The notes under the pieces were generated by a model that saw only the letters and a list, made by a program, of their open reading frames with translations, ran no database searches and was not told the origin of the DNA. Positions 1 through 8,921 of a stretch of DNA of 38,243 nucleotides are shown piece by piece. Position numbers and translations under genes: made by a program. This DNA comes from Craspedostauros australis (lineage: Eukaryota). Location of the stretch: contig JALAGF010005116.1 in assembly GCA_030167865.1 (NCBI GenBank), forward strand, positions 1 through 38,243, in the 5' to 3' direction. Numbering within the stretch: the first letter of the stretch is position 1; each line of letters begins with the position of its first letter.

Positions 1-162
1 TGGGGAGTGAACCAAAGAGTCCACGATTTCTTGGTCGGTGAGGCGGATGGCATTGTCGATGCGTCCAAGAGTGCTCGTGATGAAAGACATCTGCTGCTCG
101 TTCAGCCCGACAAGCTCCTTGATGAATCCGGCTACTGCTTTGTTGTTGATCGTTCTCGTCAT
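1..162 (-). CDS. Partial ORF running off the window start (MTRTINNKAVAGFIKELVGLNEQQMSFITSTLGRIDNAIRLTDQEIVDSLVHSP...); possible gag N-terminus of a Ty1/copia retrotransposon
   Basis: ATG at 162 on the minus strand, then 54 codons with no stop to base 1. It lies 40 nt downstream of a PBS-like motif (216-203). Gag identity is inferred from position only. Confidence 0.4.
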   Translation of the reverse strand, partial: MTRTINNKAVAGFIKELVGLNEQQMSFITSTLGRIDNAIRLTDQEIVDSLVHSP

Positions 163-223
163 GGTGGAAGTGGTGTTATAGTGATAAGCTTGTTGGTGAT
201 ATCACGACTCTTAATCTGTCAAA

Positions 224-386
224 NNNNNNNNNNNNNNNNNNNNNNNNNNNNNNNNNNNNNNNNNNNNNNNNNNNNNNNNNNNNNNNNNNNNNNNNNNNNN
301 NNNNNNNNNNNNNNNNNNNNNNNNNNNNNNNNNNNNNNNNNNNNNNNNNNNNNNNNNNNNNNNNNNNNNNNNNNNNNNNNNNNNNN
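224..386. other. Assembly gap (163 N)
   Basis: Run of N. Confidence 1.
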
Positions 387-1173
387 TGCACTGGCGTGTC
401 ATCAATTAGCAACTGAGGCAATGCACATACTGAGCTTCGGCGTTGTGCACACGACTCTTAATCTGTCAAACATGCAAGTAACTACTGAGACTGATTGGCC
501 CGTTGTTGCGTGCCCTGGTCGGAGCTCTTGTTGTTTTATTGTGAGTTGTCCGAGGACAATCTCCGACCAGTATTTGATTAATACGATTAGTAAAGAGGTA
601 AGAAGTACAGTGAAAGCTGTCAGGAACCAAGATGTCATCTGGAAGAGCATGCACGGGTACGATCTATGGACATGGGTGTTGTGAGCAGGACAAAGCAGAG
701 CAAACGTCAAGTGTGTTCCACTCTGGCTCGTCCTCGTACTCCACCATGGTACGAGCTATTCGTATGCAGTACTATATCATGACTTCCCAGACAAAACGGG
801 ACATCGATCTGATGCGGACGGCAACGGGAGGTTGATGCCGACGCAGAGGCCGCCTCTGATGTTGCTGCTGTTGGTGCCGCTGGTTGGTTGTTGATTTCTG
901 TTGTGGTAGACACCTCTCGAAGTAGCTGTGCGGATACCAAAGCAAATGGTGGCGTCACATGTTGTCGGTACCGGAGACCCAGCCTTCTTCCTGTGACTCC
1001 AAGGCTATGACGTCCCAGAGGAGCAAGAACAGCAGAATGGATTAGTGTGCCAAAACAAGACGAACCGACCAACCACCCGATCGTATCGTGTCATTGACAG
1101 ATTAAACCTTGTGTGGCGGCGGTCTTGGCATCTCTTGCATGAAAGACCATCCCTTTTCACCCACGACTATTGA

Positions 1174-1194
1174 CTCGAGCTCGAGCTCGAGCTC
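1174..1194. repeat. Self-complementary hexamer microsatellite (CTCGAG)3.5
   Basis: ctcgagctcgagctcgagctc. Confidence 0.85.
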
Positions 1195-3168
1195 CAACTC
1201 CATGCATTCTACGTACTCTTGCCCTGCCGTCAGCGTTGTTGTCAGAGAACGAGCTATGTTGATTACTCGCAGAAGACCACATGTCGGTTCTTCCGAGATT
1301 GGTCGTGGTGGCCAAACTGCTGGACAGTGGAGAATCTGTTGAGTTTAAAAGTGATAGAGAGTCTTGGTGGAGTGCCCGCTCCGCTCTCCATGAGTCCGAA
1401 CCGCTTTTTCTGGCACATCGCCCCAATCGGACCTATCGCGGCCTCATTTTTTCGGACCAACTAACTGAGCTTTGGTGCCGGGGTTCTTGCACACGAGCAG
1501 AGCAGAGCAGATGTCTGTGGCCATCTTTCGGGGATGAATGATGCTATGCACATCACCGCAGACTATTAATCTTTCCTATGTGGGCACTCCTGCACTCTGC
1601 CATGGATACTTGTACTAGTGCTGGTACTCGTGCTTGTGGCCTGGCCACAGTCTGATCGTTCTTGGTGCCATGGTTTGGAATGTATTGTAGCTGTTGTTGC
1701 TGAAGCGGGTGCGCTCGAGTACATCATACAACTAAAATACTCTGCTAGCAGATCATAGAGGAGACCTGTCTTGCCTCGATGCTCCTCCCCCTTCGCTGCT
1801 CGTTGCCTCGCACGAAGTGTTCGCGGCGATCTGGCACGCAGAGACCCACGAACGCAAGAAACAGATGGGGATGGCGGATTGTGTGCGTGTCTGCGTGTTC
1901 AAGAACACGAGGCAGGGGAGATTCGGTCTCGTTTCGCAGCGTTTTTCTGCTGGCGTACTGGCGGACAGACGCATGTTGCTGGCTGGCTGGCTACAGCGAA
2001 TCCTGGCAAAGTGCCGTATTCGGGAAGTCATAGTTACTTGCTCTTGGTCGATGTCACTATTAGCCTGTGCATGAGAAGTCATCTTGGAAGGAGAGCTTGA
2101 CTACCGGTTCATATGTATCCACAAACACGGTTTCGGAAAAATGTGGCGATTGGTCGGCGAAAGAAGCGACTTGTCTCGAAATGTCACACGGCTGTTTTTG
2201 TCCTGTTCTGCCCGTTTTATCGCAGGCGTGGACAATAATTCGAGGGCAATCACTGCGTGCAGGTGCGGGTCTTGCGTCGTGGGCTTATCGAAACTGAGAC
2301 AAAGGAGGCAACTCCAATGCAGGCGCCACAATGTCACACTGTTCCACGCATAGGCCCTGCACGAGCAAATAACACGGTGAGCTGATGGACACAGGGACAA
2401 AGTCCGCCAAAGAAATAGCACGGCGAAAACGAGCGGCAAGCATGACGGGCGCAGCTCGCACGGGACCAACAAGAACAAACCTGCGGTGCCGCATGGTGTG
2501 TGCGTTTGTGTGCTGCGTCCCGAATTTCTGGTCTTTTCGTGTGCGTCGTGGTGCGATACGCGTAGGGGTACATGTCGCTGGTACGAGCAGAAGCGCAGCT
2601 CTGTGCGAGCGCTGTCAGGTGCGCGTCTTTTGTCACTCGTCACCTGGCTATTTCGGGTGCTCGCGAACCACACACCAGCAACAAATCTCCGTTTTCTTTG
2701 GTCCCAAACAAAGGCAGACCCAAACGCTGGACCATTGTCACTCATCGCCTTTGGCAACAAGCGCACAAACGATCGCAGGAGGTACTGTTGCTGTTGGTGT
2801 TATTGATCCATCACCCATTGCGGCAACAGCCACTCTTCACACCAATACAACGGCAAGAGTCCATCCAAATATTGTATTATATTGCACACCATTGAGTTGA
2901 CATTGAAAGAGCAGAGTTTGATTGGATTGAATCTGGTTTCCTCTACTCCGACGATACCGAATCACCGAGCGCTCTCCACCAATTGGTCGCACCCACACCA
3001 GCAGCGTTGCATTGGAAAGACACCACCGCATTGCAAAAGTCTGAACGACCGGCGGAAGCAGCCTCGGCACCACTCACAACCTGGACTACAGCGACATCCA
3101 CATCAACATTCGCAGCCACTGCCGCATCAGCCGCATCTTGCCATTGTTGCCCCTGTTATCATTGGAAT

Positions 3169-3216
3169 TATCAGAAACAGCAGCAACGACAGCAGCAGCA
3201 ACAGCAACAGCAGCAG
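3169..3216 (+). repeat. CAG/CAA trinucleotide tract
   Basis: cagcaacgacagcagcagcaacagcaacagcagcag. Confidence 0.7.
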
Positions 3217-3933
3217 GCGCCATCACAACGAAAGGACCAACCACGAACACACCAGAATAGGACCAGAGTACCATTGATACTCCGCTCCCATCGCCAGGCG
3301 CAAAGTGATCGTATCACCATCGTAACTCGCACAAGCACGACACCACACCCGAAGCGGCTGCAGCAAACGTCTCAATTATCGCGGTTGCTCCAAAATCATC
3401 GGAGGAACCGCCCCATTGACAAAGAATCGAGGGCGATCTGCTGGAGCTTTGGCGCGTGAATCTGGTCAGAAGAAGGCAACAGCGACAACCAGCCAAGAGC
3501 CCCTCTCGTCTTGAAGGTCGCAGGAGTAGCTCTCGCAGCAGCAGTCGGTACCGCACCAGATCAGATCAGGCAGGTGCAACATAATCGCACGCATCCGAAC
3601 ACATCTGGGCAACACAGGCAACGACTCCGACCTCCAGCGATCGCAGGTGCGAACAAACCCCAGACAGTCTGATAGCACCACGTCGTGAGGCACCGCATCA
3701 CACCACACCGTACCACGTTATAGTAGTACCACAGCACAACGAGACAGGACAGGACAGAACAGAACAGAGTAAAACGAGACAGCCTGCGAACAACAACCCA
3801 AGCAAGCAAGGCGTAAAAGAGCATTCCTATCTGTCTGCATTCTCAAGTTGTCATCTCCACTTGAGCATCCACCTGGACATCCAACAACAACCACAAAGAA
3901 CCAGAGACCTAGAGACCCAGACATCGAGACAAG

Positions 3934-6252
3934 ATGGAGGAAACAACGTCAAGGCGCAACCGCAGCACGAAGAAGTACTACTCCTCCTCGTCATCGTCAT
4001 CCGAAGATGACAGAGACACGGAGGATGACATGGGCGCCGAAGAGGCTGAGGAGATGCTCGTGGAGGCAAGTCGCAGGGCCATGCGAAGCATCGGCAGGAG
4101 GGGCGGGAGCAAGGGCTCCTCCTCCTCGTCCAAGAAGCGCAACGCCTCCAAGGACGCCTTCATGAGGACCATCGCGCAGGAGATGCTCAACTCCCTCCTG
4201 GGGGAGGACGAGGACGACAACGCCGAGGACGATGACAAGTTCATCAAGAACTTCAGAGACCGTTACGAGGAGAACAAGGTCTGGGCCAAGCAGCGGAAGA
4301 AGAAGTCCTCCAGCAAGCACAGCCGCCACAAGGGCTCCTCCTCCAAGCACCTCGACAACGACGAGCGCAGCGACAGTCCCAGCCGCAGCCGCAGCAAGAG
4401 CCGTAGTCACAGTCACAGCCACAGCCACAGTCACAGCCACAGTCGGAGCAAGCGCAGCGAGTACGAAGAGCTCTCCGACATCGACTCCGACGCAGGCATG
4501 AGCAACCTCATCTCCAGACGAGGACCGAGGACGACGGATCGCAGCGGCACCTCTCGCGACGGATCGCGCAAGAGCGCCGGCAGCAACAGCTCCAACAACT
4601 CCAGATCGCACCAACACCGCAGATCCGCCGGCCACGAAAACTCGGTCGGCTCTTCCGCTGGCGCATCAGCCAAGTACTCCGCCGCCAACCACAGCAGCGG
4701 CACCACCGCCAGCGGACCCGCGCTCTCCATCAACGAGATCAAGCAGTACGTCATGGACTCCATCCCCGTCCACCTCAAGGACCAGATCCCGGAGGACGCC
4801 TGGGAGCAGATCTTCTCCGGCGGCAGCAAGGCCTCCAACCAGAAGCCCGAAGAGGAGGAGGACGAGGATGACGAGATGGACGATGACATCGCATCGGCCG
4901 TGGTCGATCCAAGGGTCGGCAAGGTCATGCGGGTGCAGGACGTCTACGATGACGACGACGACATGTCCGACATCACCGGCCTCACCTACGACTTCCCCAA
5001 GCCCACGCCGCTCTCCTCCGGCAGGCTGTCCTTGGACAACAACACCAGAACTTCCGACAGCACGGGCACCGTCCCCACGGAGACCAGCATGAGCGTCGCC
5101 GCCAGCGACCGCACAAGACCATCGCGATCGCGACATGCTGGACGAACCAACAGCAGCAGCAGGAAGATGGCCGCGGCCGATATCGCTGACTCTTTGCAAA
5201 TCCCAAACGCAAGCACGTCCCGAAGAACCTCCATGGGAGACATGGCGGCCGACATCATCTCCGTCGACATGGAGTCGGAGAGGTTCACCCACATGTCCCC
5301 TGCCCACACGGAGCCGCAGCGAGGCTTCACGGCTGGCGGGGACGTCATACCCGAAGACCCGGACAACGACCTGGACTCCCTGTCCGGCGTCGAGGACAAG
5401 ATGATGGCGGCCGGTCGTGCGGAGTCGGTCGGCATGGTGGAGATGCCCAACGTCATGGCCACCCATTCCTCCAGATCAACCAGGAGCAAGAAATCGAGAC
5501 GCGGCGACGAGGACGCTTCCTCCAGGAGCTCCAAGAGCTCCACCCCCAGCGGGGCTGCCAGCAAGTCAATTCACCGACTGCGCGACGCGGCCGTACCTGC
5601 AGTCATGGAGGAGGAGCCATCCCGGTCGAACCGCCTGCGCGGCGCTGACATTGGTGCTGCGCTCCCAGGCCCCGCGCCCAATCTCAGAAGTGCTTCGTCC
5701 GACGAGGAAGATCCCTACGAGGTCGAAGCGTCCCTTCGCGAGCGCCGTCTCAGCATGAGCCGCCACGAGTCGGTGCACCGCTCCAAGCTCCTCGAAGAGG
5801 ACGAGGACGAGGACCCTTTGGATGCCCCCGGCAGGCTGGTGCGATTCGATGCAGTGGAAGTGCGCTACTACGAGCGCATCATGTCCGACAATCCCGCCGT
5901 CACCAGCGGCGTGCCCCTTGGCATTGGCTGGAGGTATTTTGCCGATGGGGCCGTGGGCGTTGACGATTATGAGATGCAGAAGAGCAACGGCGGAATCCAG
6001 CGCCCTCGACGCGCCCATTCCGACATGGTCATTCCCCGCCACGAACGCGAGTTCATACTGCGCGAAATCGGATACACGCAGAAGGAGATTGCCGACACGG
6101 TCCGCAAGGTCCTCAAGGTCAAGAACCAACGAAAGCAGACGGTCAACAACCTCAACGCCGCCGTCGTTGAAGAGGCCGTGGAGAATGCCAGGAAGAAGGT
6201 CAAGAGGCTGCTATCCTTCGGCGTCAAGAAGAAGTACGTCAAGAAGCGATAG
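3934..6252 (+). CDS. 772-aa Ser/Arg/Asp-rich, largely disordered protein with a conserved-looking C-terminal module (RLVRF..VEVRYY..DNPAV.SG.P.GIGW)
   Basis: Long ORF with strong GC3 bias. An in-frame TAG at 3910 fixes the ATG at 3934. The C-terminal ~140 aa resemble a motif I recognise from diatom hypothetical proteins. Basic NLS-like clusters are present (KKRN, RKKK, KKKYVKKR). Confidence 0.88.
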   Translation: MEETTSRRNRSTKKYYSSSSSSSEDDRDTEDDMGAEEAEEMLVEASRRAMRSIGRRGGSKGSSSSSKKRNASKDAFMRTIAQEMLNSLLGEDEDDNAEDDDKFIKNFRDRYEENKVWAKQRKKKSSSKHSRHKGSSSKHLDNDERSDSPSRSRSKSRSHSHSHSHSHSHSRSKRSEYEELSDIDSDAGMSNLISRRGPRTTDRSGTSRDGSRKSAGSNSSNNSRSHQHRRSAGHENSVGSSAGASAKYSAANHSSGTTASGPALSINEIKQYVMDSIPVHLKDQIPEDAWEQIFSGGSKASNQKPEEEEDEDDEMDDDIASAVVDPRVGKVMRVQDVYDDDDDMSDITGLTYDFPKPTPLSSGRLSLDNNTRTSDSTGTVPTETSMSVAASDRTRPSRSRHAGRTNSSSRKMAAADIADSLQIPNASTSRRTSMGDMAADIISVDMESERFTHMSPAHTEPQRGFTAGGDVIPEDPDNDLDSLSGVEDKMMAAGRAESVGMVEMPNVMATHSSRSTRSKKSRRGDEDASSRSSKSSTPSGAASKSIHRLRDAAVPAVMEEEPSRSNRLRGADIGAALPGPAPNLRSASSDEEDPYEVEASLRERRLSMSRHESVHRSKLLEEDEDEDPLDAPGRLVRFDAVEVRYYERIMSDNPAVTSGVPLGIGWRYFADGAVGVDDYEMQKSNGGIQRPRRAHSDMVIPRHEREFILREIGYTQKEIADTVRKVLKVKNQRKQTVNNLNAAVVEEAVENARKKVKRLLSFGVKKKYVKKR
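4381..4443 (+). repeat. Coding hexamer repeat (AGCCGC then AGTCAC/AGCCAC) encoding SR and SH dipeptides
   Basis: SRSRSKSRSHSHSHSHSHSHS. Confidence 0.8.
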
Positions 6253-7655
6253 GCTCCCCACCACCTATCCCATGCGAACAGCGAGAGACCACGAGAAGAT
6301 GGATGCAGAGATGCATTGATGTTGGGTTTCACTTTCGGCCGATCAGCATTTGCGATCGTTTTTCGTGCGCACCCATCGCACTCTCCTTCGCATTCCCATT
6401 CCGTCCACCTATCCCCCTCATGGCCGTGGCGCCAGTTCTGGTGACCATTCGCACGGGGAGAACGGGCACGGGATGCGTAAGGCCCGGGTGCGCATACGGG
6501 CGAGGGAAAACGGAGAGAGATGGCGAAGCCTCATGGGCTTTGCCGCACGCGGTGGCTCTTTTACATGCGTAAGCAAGTCCAAGAGCACACTCTACCTCCT
6601 TTCACAACCGTCCACTCGCATGCACGCATGTGAGCATGCATGAATTTTGTTAGCACGTGGACGCCGTTGACGATTCCCTGACCCCACCCGCGGATGTCCG
6701 ATCATTTTGGATCCGGGCGCAACGAGTGAGATTCCAAAACAATATGCATGTGGGCGACAGAGCATGGGTGTGAACAAGACGTCAGTCTAGAGTATTGGTA
6801 CCCTTGTGATGCTACAACTCCAAGATTCCCTATTCGGCTGCATTGCGACTGCGCCCATTGCCTTTGCCAACAACAGCGGCAGCAGCAGCATCAGATCAAC
6901 CCACGCAGGGCCAGCCCTACTCAACCTGATTCTGGAGCAATCCGGCTCAATTCAACCTTGATGGAGCGAAGTGTCGCCCAGCCAACATTCGGCACCCTCC
7001 GCCAGACGAACGCAAGCCAGTGAGCCCTAACTCAGTCAATGGATCACACAGCATCGCATCGTAGGTACGATACTGTGGCAAGCCGCGCCAGTTTTCATCC
7101 CGATCACAATCGCAAGCGCTCTCACCGCAACATGTCATGCCGTACGGGTATGGTACCATACTTTGTGGTTGTCGTAGTCGTAGGCATAGTCATCGCCGTA
7201 ACAAATTCATGTCTGTACCACAATAATAACAACAACAATAATCATCACACCTTTGCTTGTGCTGCATCGTGGTGTATCGCATTGCAGAGAAGTGTGCGAG
7301 AATTGGTATTGCGCCGTGGCAATGCAGCACGGACACGCGTGGTCGTACATGTGGGTACTTGTTGGGAAGTCTCGACAGCACCTGCAAACTCAGACACAAA
7401 CACAAAACGCAGGCAGGAGATCTGACCACGACAACCACAAACATTGTTGCTCCTACGTAATTCGCGCCAAACAAGACAATAGTTGTGCAAAACAAATATA
7501 ATACTCGTAGAATACGTCGTCTGTGTTGCCCACAACGAAGTATCGGCTTGCATAATAATAATAGTTGCAAACTGCATCAACTGTCACTGCGACGGATAGG
7601 TCGTATGCACAAAACAAAACAAGAATAAGAACAACAAGCAGGAGCGTTGGCCAAG

Positions 7656-8921
7656 ATGGCGAATACGGCTGCGGCTGGTCATGCTGTTGGCCATGCTGCT
7701 GGTGGAGATGGAGATGGAGATGGAGAAAGAAAGCCCGAGGTGCATCCCCTGCCTCCAAGCGTCTTGCAGATCATGGGGAAGGCACTGTGGGATCCCAAAC
7801 CGACGCAGACGGAGCTGCATGAGAGACAGCTGGCGTACGCCATGGGATACCCCGACGGCTGGCGCGTGGAGCGCCGCATCGAGACCAGCAGGGAGGGCAG
7901 ACCGCTGATCCTGGACACCATCCACGCAGTCAGCCGCAACAAGAGCAAGTGCGTCTGGTTCCACCACCACGAGGCCCAGAAGGCTGCCTCAGCGATGCTC
8001 GAGCAAGGCGACGCCGTCCTGCAGTTCTCCAAGTCGCATCTGCTGCCGCCGGTCCCCAAGTACGCCAAGGGAGACGCCGTGCAGGTCAAGATCAACGGCA
8101 AGCTCTGCACCATGATCATCCAGAAGCGACGCAAGCGGGCGGATTCCTTCATCTACTCCGCCAAGGCGGAGAAGGGTTCGGCGGTCCGGGACGGCCTCAG
8201 GGAGGACGACATGCAGCCGCCGGATGATCCCTTCGAGCTGGCGGCAGAAATGAGCTTCCCGGAGGGGTGGCAGGCCCACCGCAAGGGATCCCGCTACGCG
8301 TTCATCACGCCAGACGGCAAGCACCTGCCGTCCAAGAAGGCCGCGCAGGAGTACATCAAGCAGCACAGGCTCAAGCCGCCCAAGACGCCCAAGAAGGACA
8401 GCGCCCTGCAGGCCATGGACATGGGGGATCCGCCGTGGCGTCTGGAGGGGCACGAGCTCATCGGCCGCAGGGTCCTTTGGGGACATGACCACAAGGTCAC
8501 GTCGCGGCGGACCGTCACCGTGCAGCAGTACGGCACCGTCCTTGGTTACATTGCGGCGACCGACCTCGATTCGGACGGCAATCCGGGATTCGTCTCCGAG
8601 CTCTCCGGTCAACCGGCCAATCTCTTCTACGTGCACTTCCCGGATGATCCCACGCATCCGTACCAACAGCATCTCATCGCCTCGCAGGATCTGGAGGAAT
8701 TCGAGGTCCAGAATTGGTTGCTCCCCGAAAGCAAGAAAGACAAGAAACCAAAGACGCCCACCAAAGCTTCGTTACAGTCGTCGTCGTCGTCACTGCCGGA
8801 AAAAGCCACAGGCACAGCGGCAGCGACGGAAGAAGCTCAGCAGCCAACGGCACCGACGACACCCAAACGCCCCGCCAGCACAACCCCTACCTCAAGTCCC
8901 AGCAAGAAGCGTCGGCGGTGA
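7656..8921 (+). CDS. Putative chromatin protein with two MBD-like segments and two Tudor-like segments
   Basis: First ATG at 7656 (the track starts at a TTG). FPEGWQ...YAFITPDGKHLPSKKAAQEYI resembles the MBD signature PxGW...YxSPxGKxFRSK..L..YL, and YPDGWRVERR is a second such start. PKYAKGDAVQV and HELIGRRV...GTVLGY...LFYVHF...DLEEFEV are Tudor/SH3-barrel-like. C-terminal NLS PSKKRRR. Confidence 0.75.
   Translation: MANTAAAGHAVGHAAGGDGDGDGERKPEVHPLPPSVLQIMGKALWDPKPTQTELHERQLAYAMGYPDGWRVERRIETSREGRPLILDTIHAVSRNKSKCVWFHHHEAQKAASAMLEQGDAVLQFSKSHLLPPVPKYAKGDAVQVKINGKLCTMIIQKRRKRADSFIYSAKAEKGSAVRDGLREDDMQPPDDPFELAAEMSFPEGWQAHRKGSRYAFITPDGKHLPSKKAAQEYIKQHRLKPPKTPKKDSALQAMDMGDPPWRLEGHELIGRRVLWGHDHKVTSRRTVTVQQYGTVLGYIAATDLDSDGNPGFVSELSGQPANLFYVHFPDDPTHPYQQHLIASQDLEEFEVQNWLLPESKKDKKPKTPTKASLQSSSSSLPEKATGTAAATEEAQQPTAPTTPKRPASTTPTSSPSKKRRR

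Larger units (their letters stand above)
1..470 (-). mobile_element. Candidate 5' end of a Ty1/copia LTR retrotransposon (LTR end ...TTTGACA followed by PBS GATTAAGAGTCGTG, present twice)
   Basis: The 21-mer CACGACTCTTAATCTGTCAAA occurs at 203-223 and 450-470. On the minus strand it reads TTTGA-CA followed directly by the complement of a tRNA-Lys(CUU) anticodon arm, then an ORF start. An assembly gap lies between the copies. The outer LTR boundary could not be fixed. Confidence 0.5.

Noticed and set aside
203-216. tRNA-Lys gene
   Set aside because: Only the 5' anticodon stem and loop match. The 3' stem is incomplete and there is no D arm, T arm or acceptor stem.
203-470. CRISPR repeat
   Set aside because: Only two copies, spacing too long, no cas genes.
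7-684. 225-aa plus-strand ORF
   Set aside because: It is open only because it reads through Ns; no motif.
1094-1103. TTGACAGATT resembling an 18S rRNA motif
   Set aside because: The flanks do not continue as rRNA.
1109-2900. Many overlapping 60-220 aa ORFs
   Set aside because: Cys/Arg-rich random-looking translations with no recognisable family.
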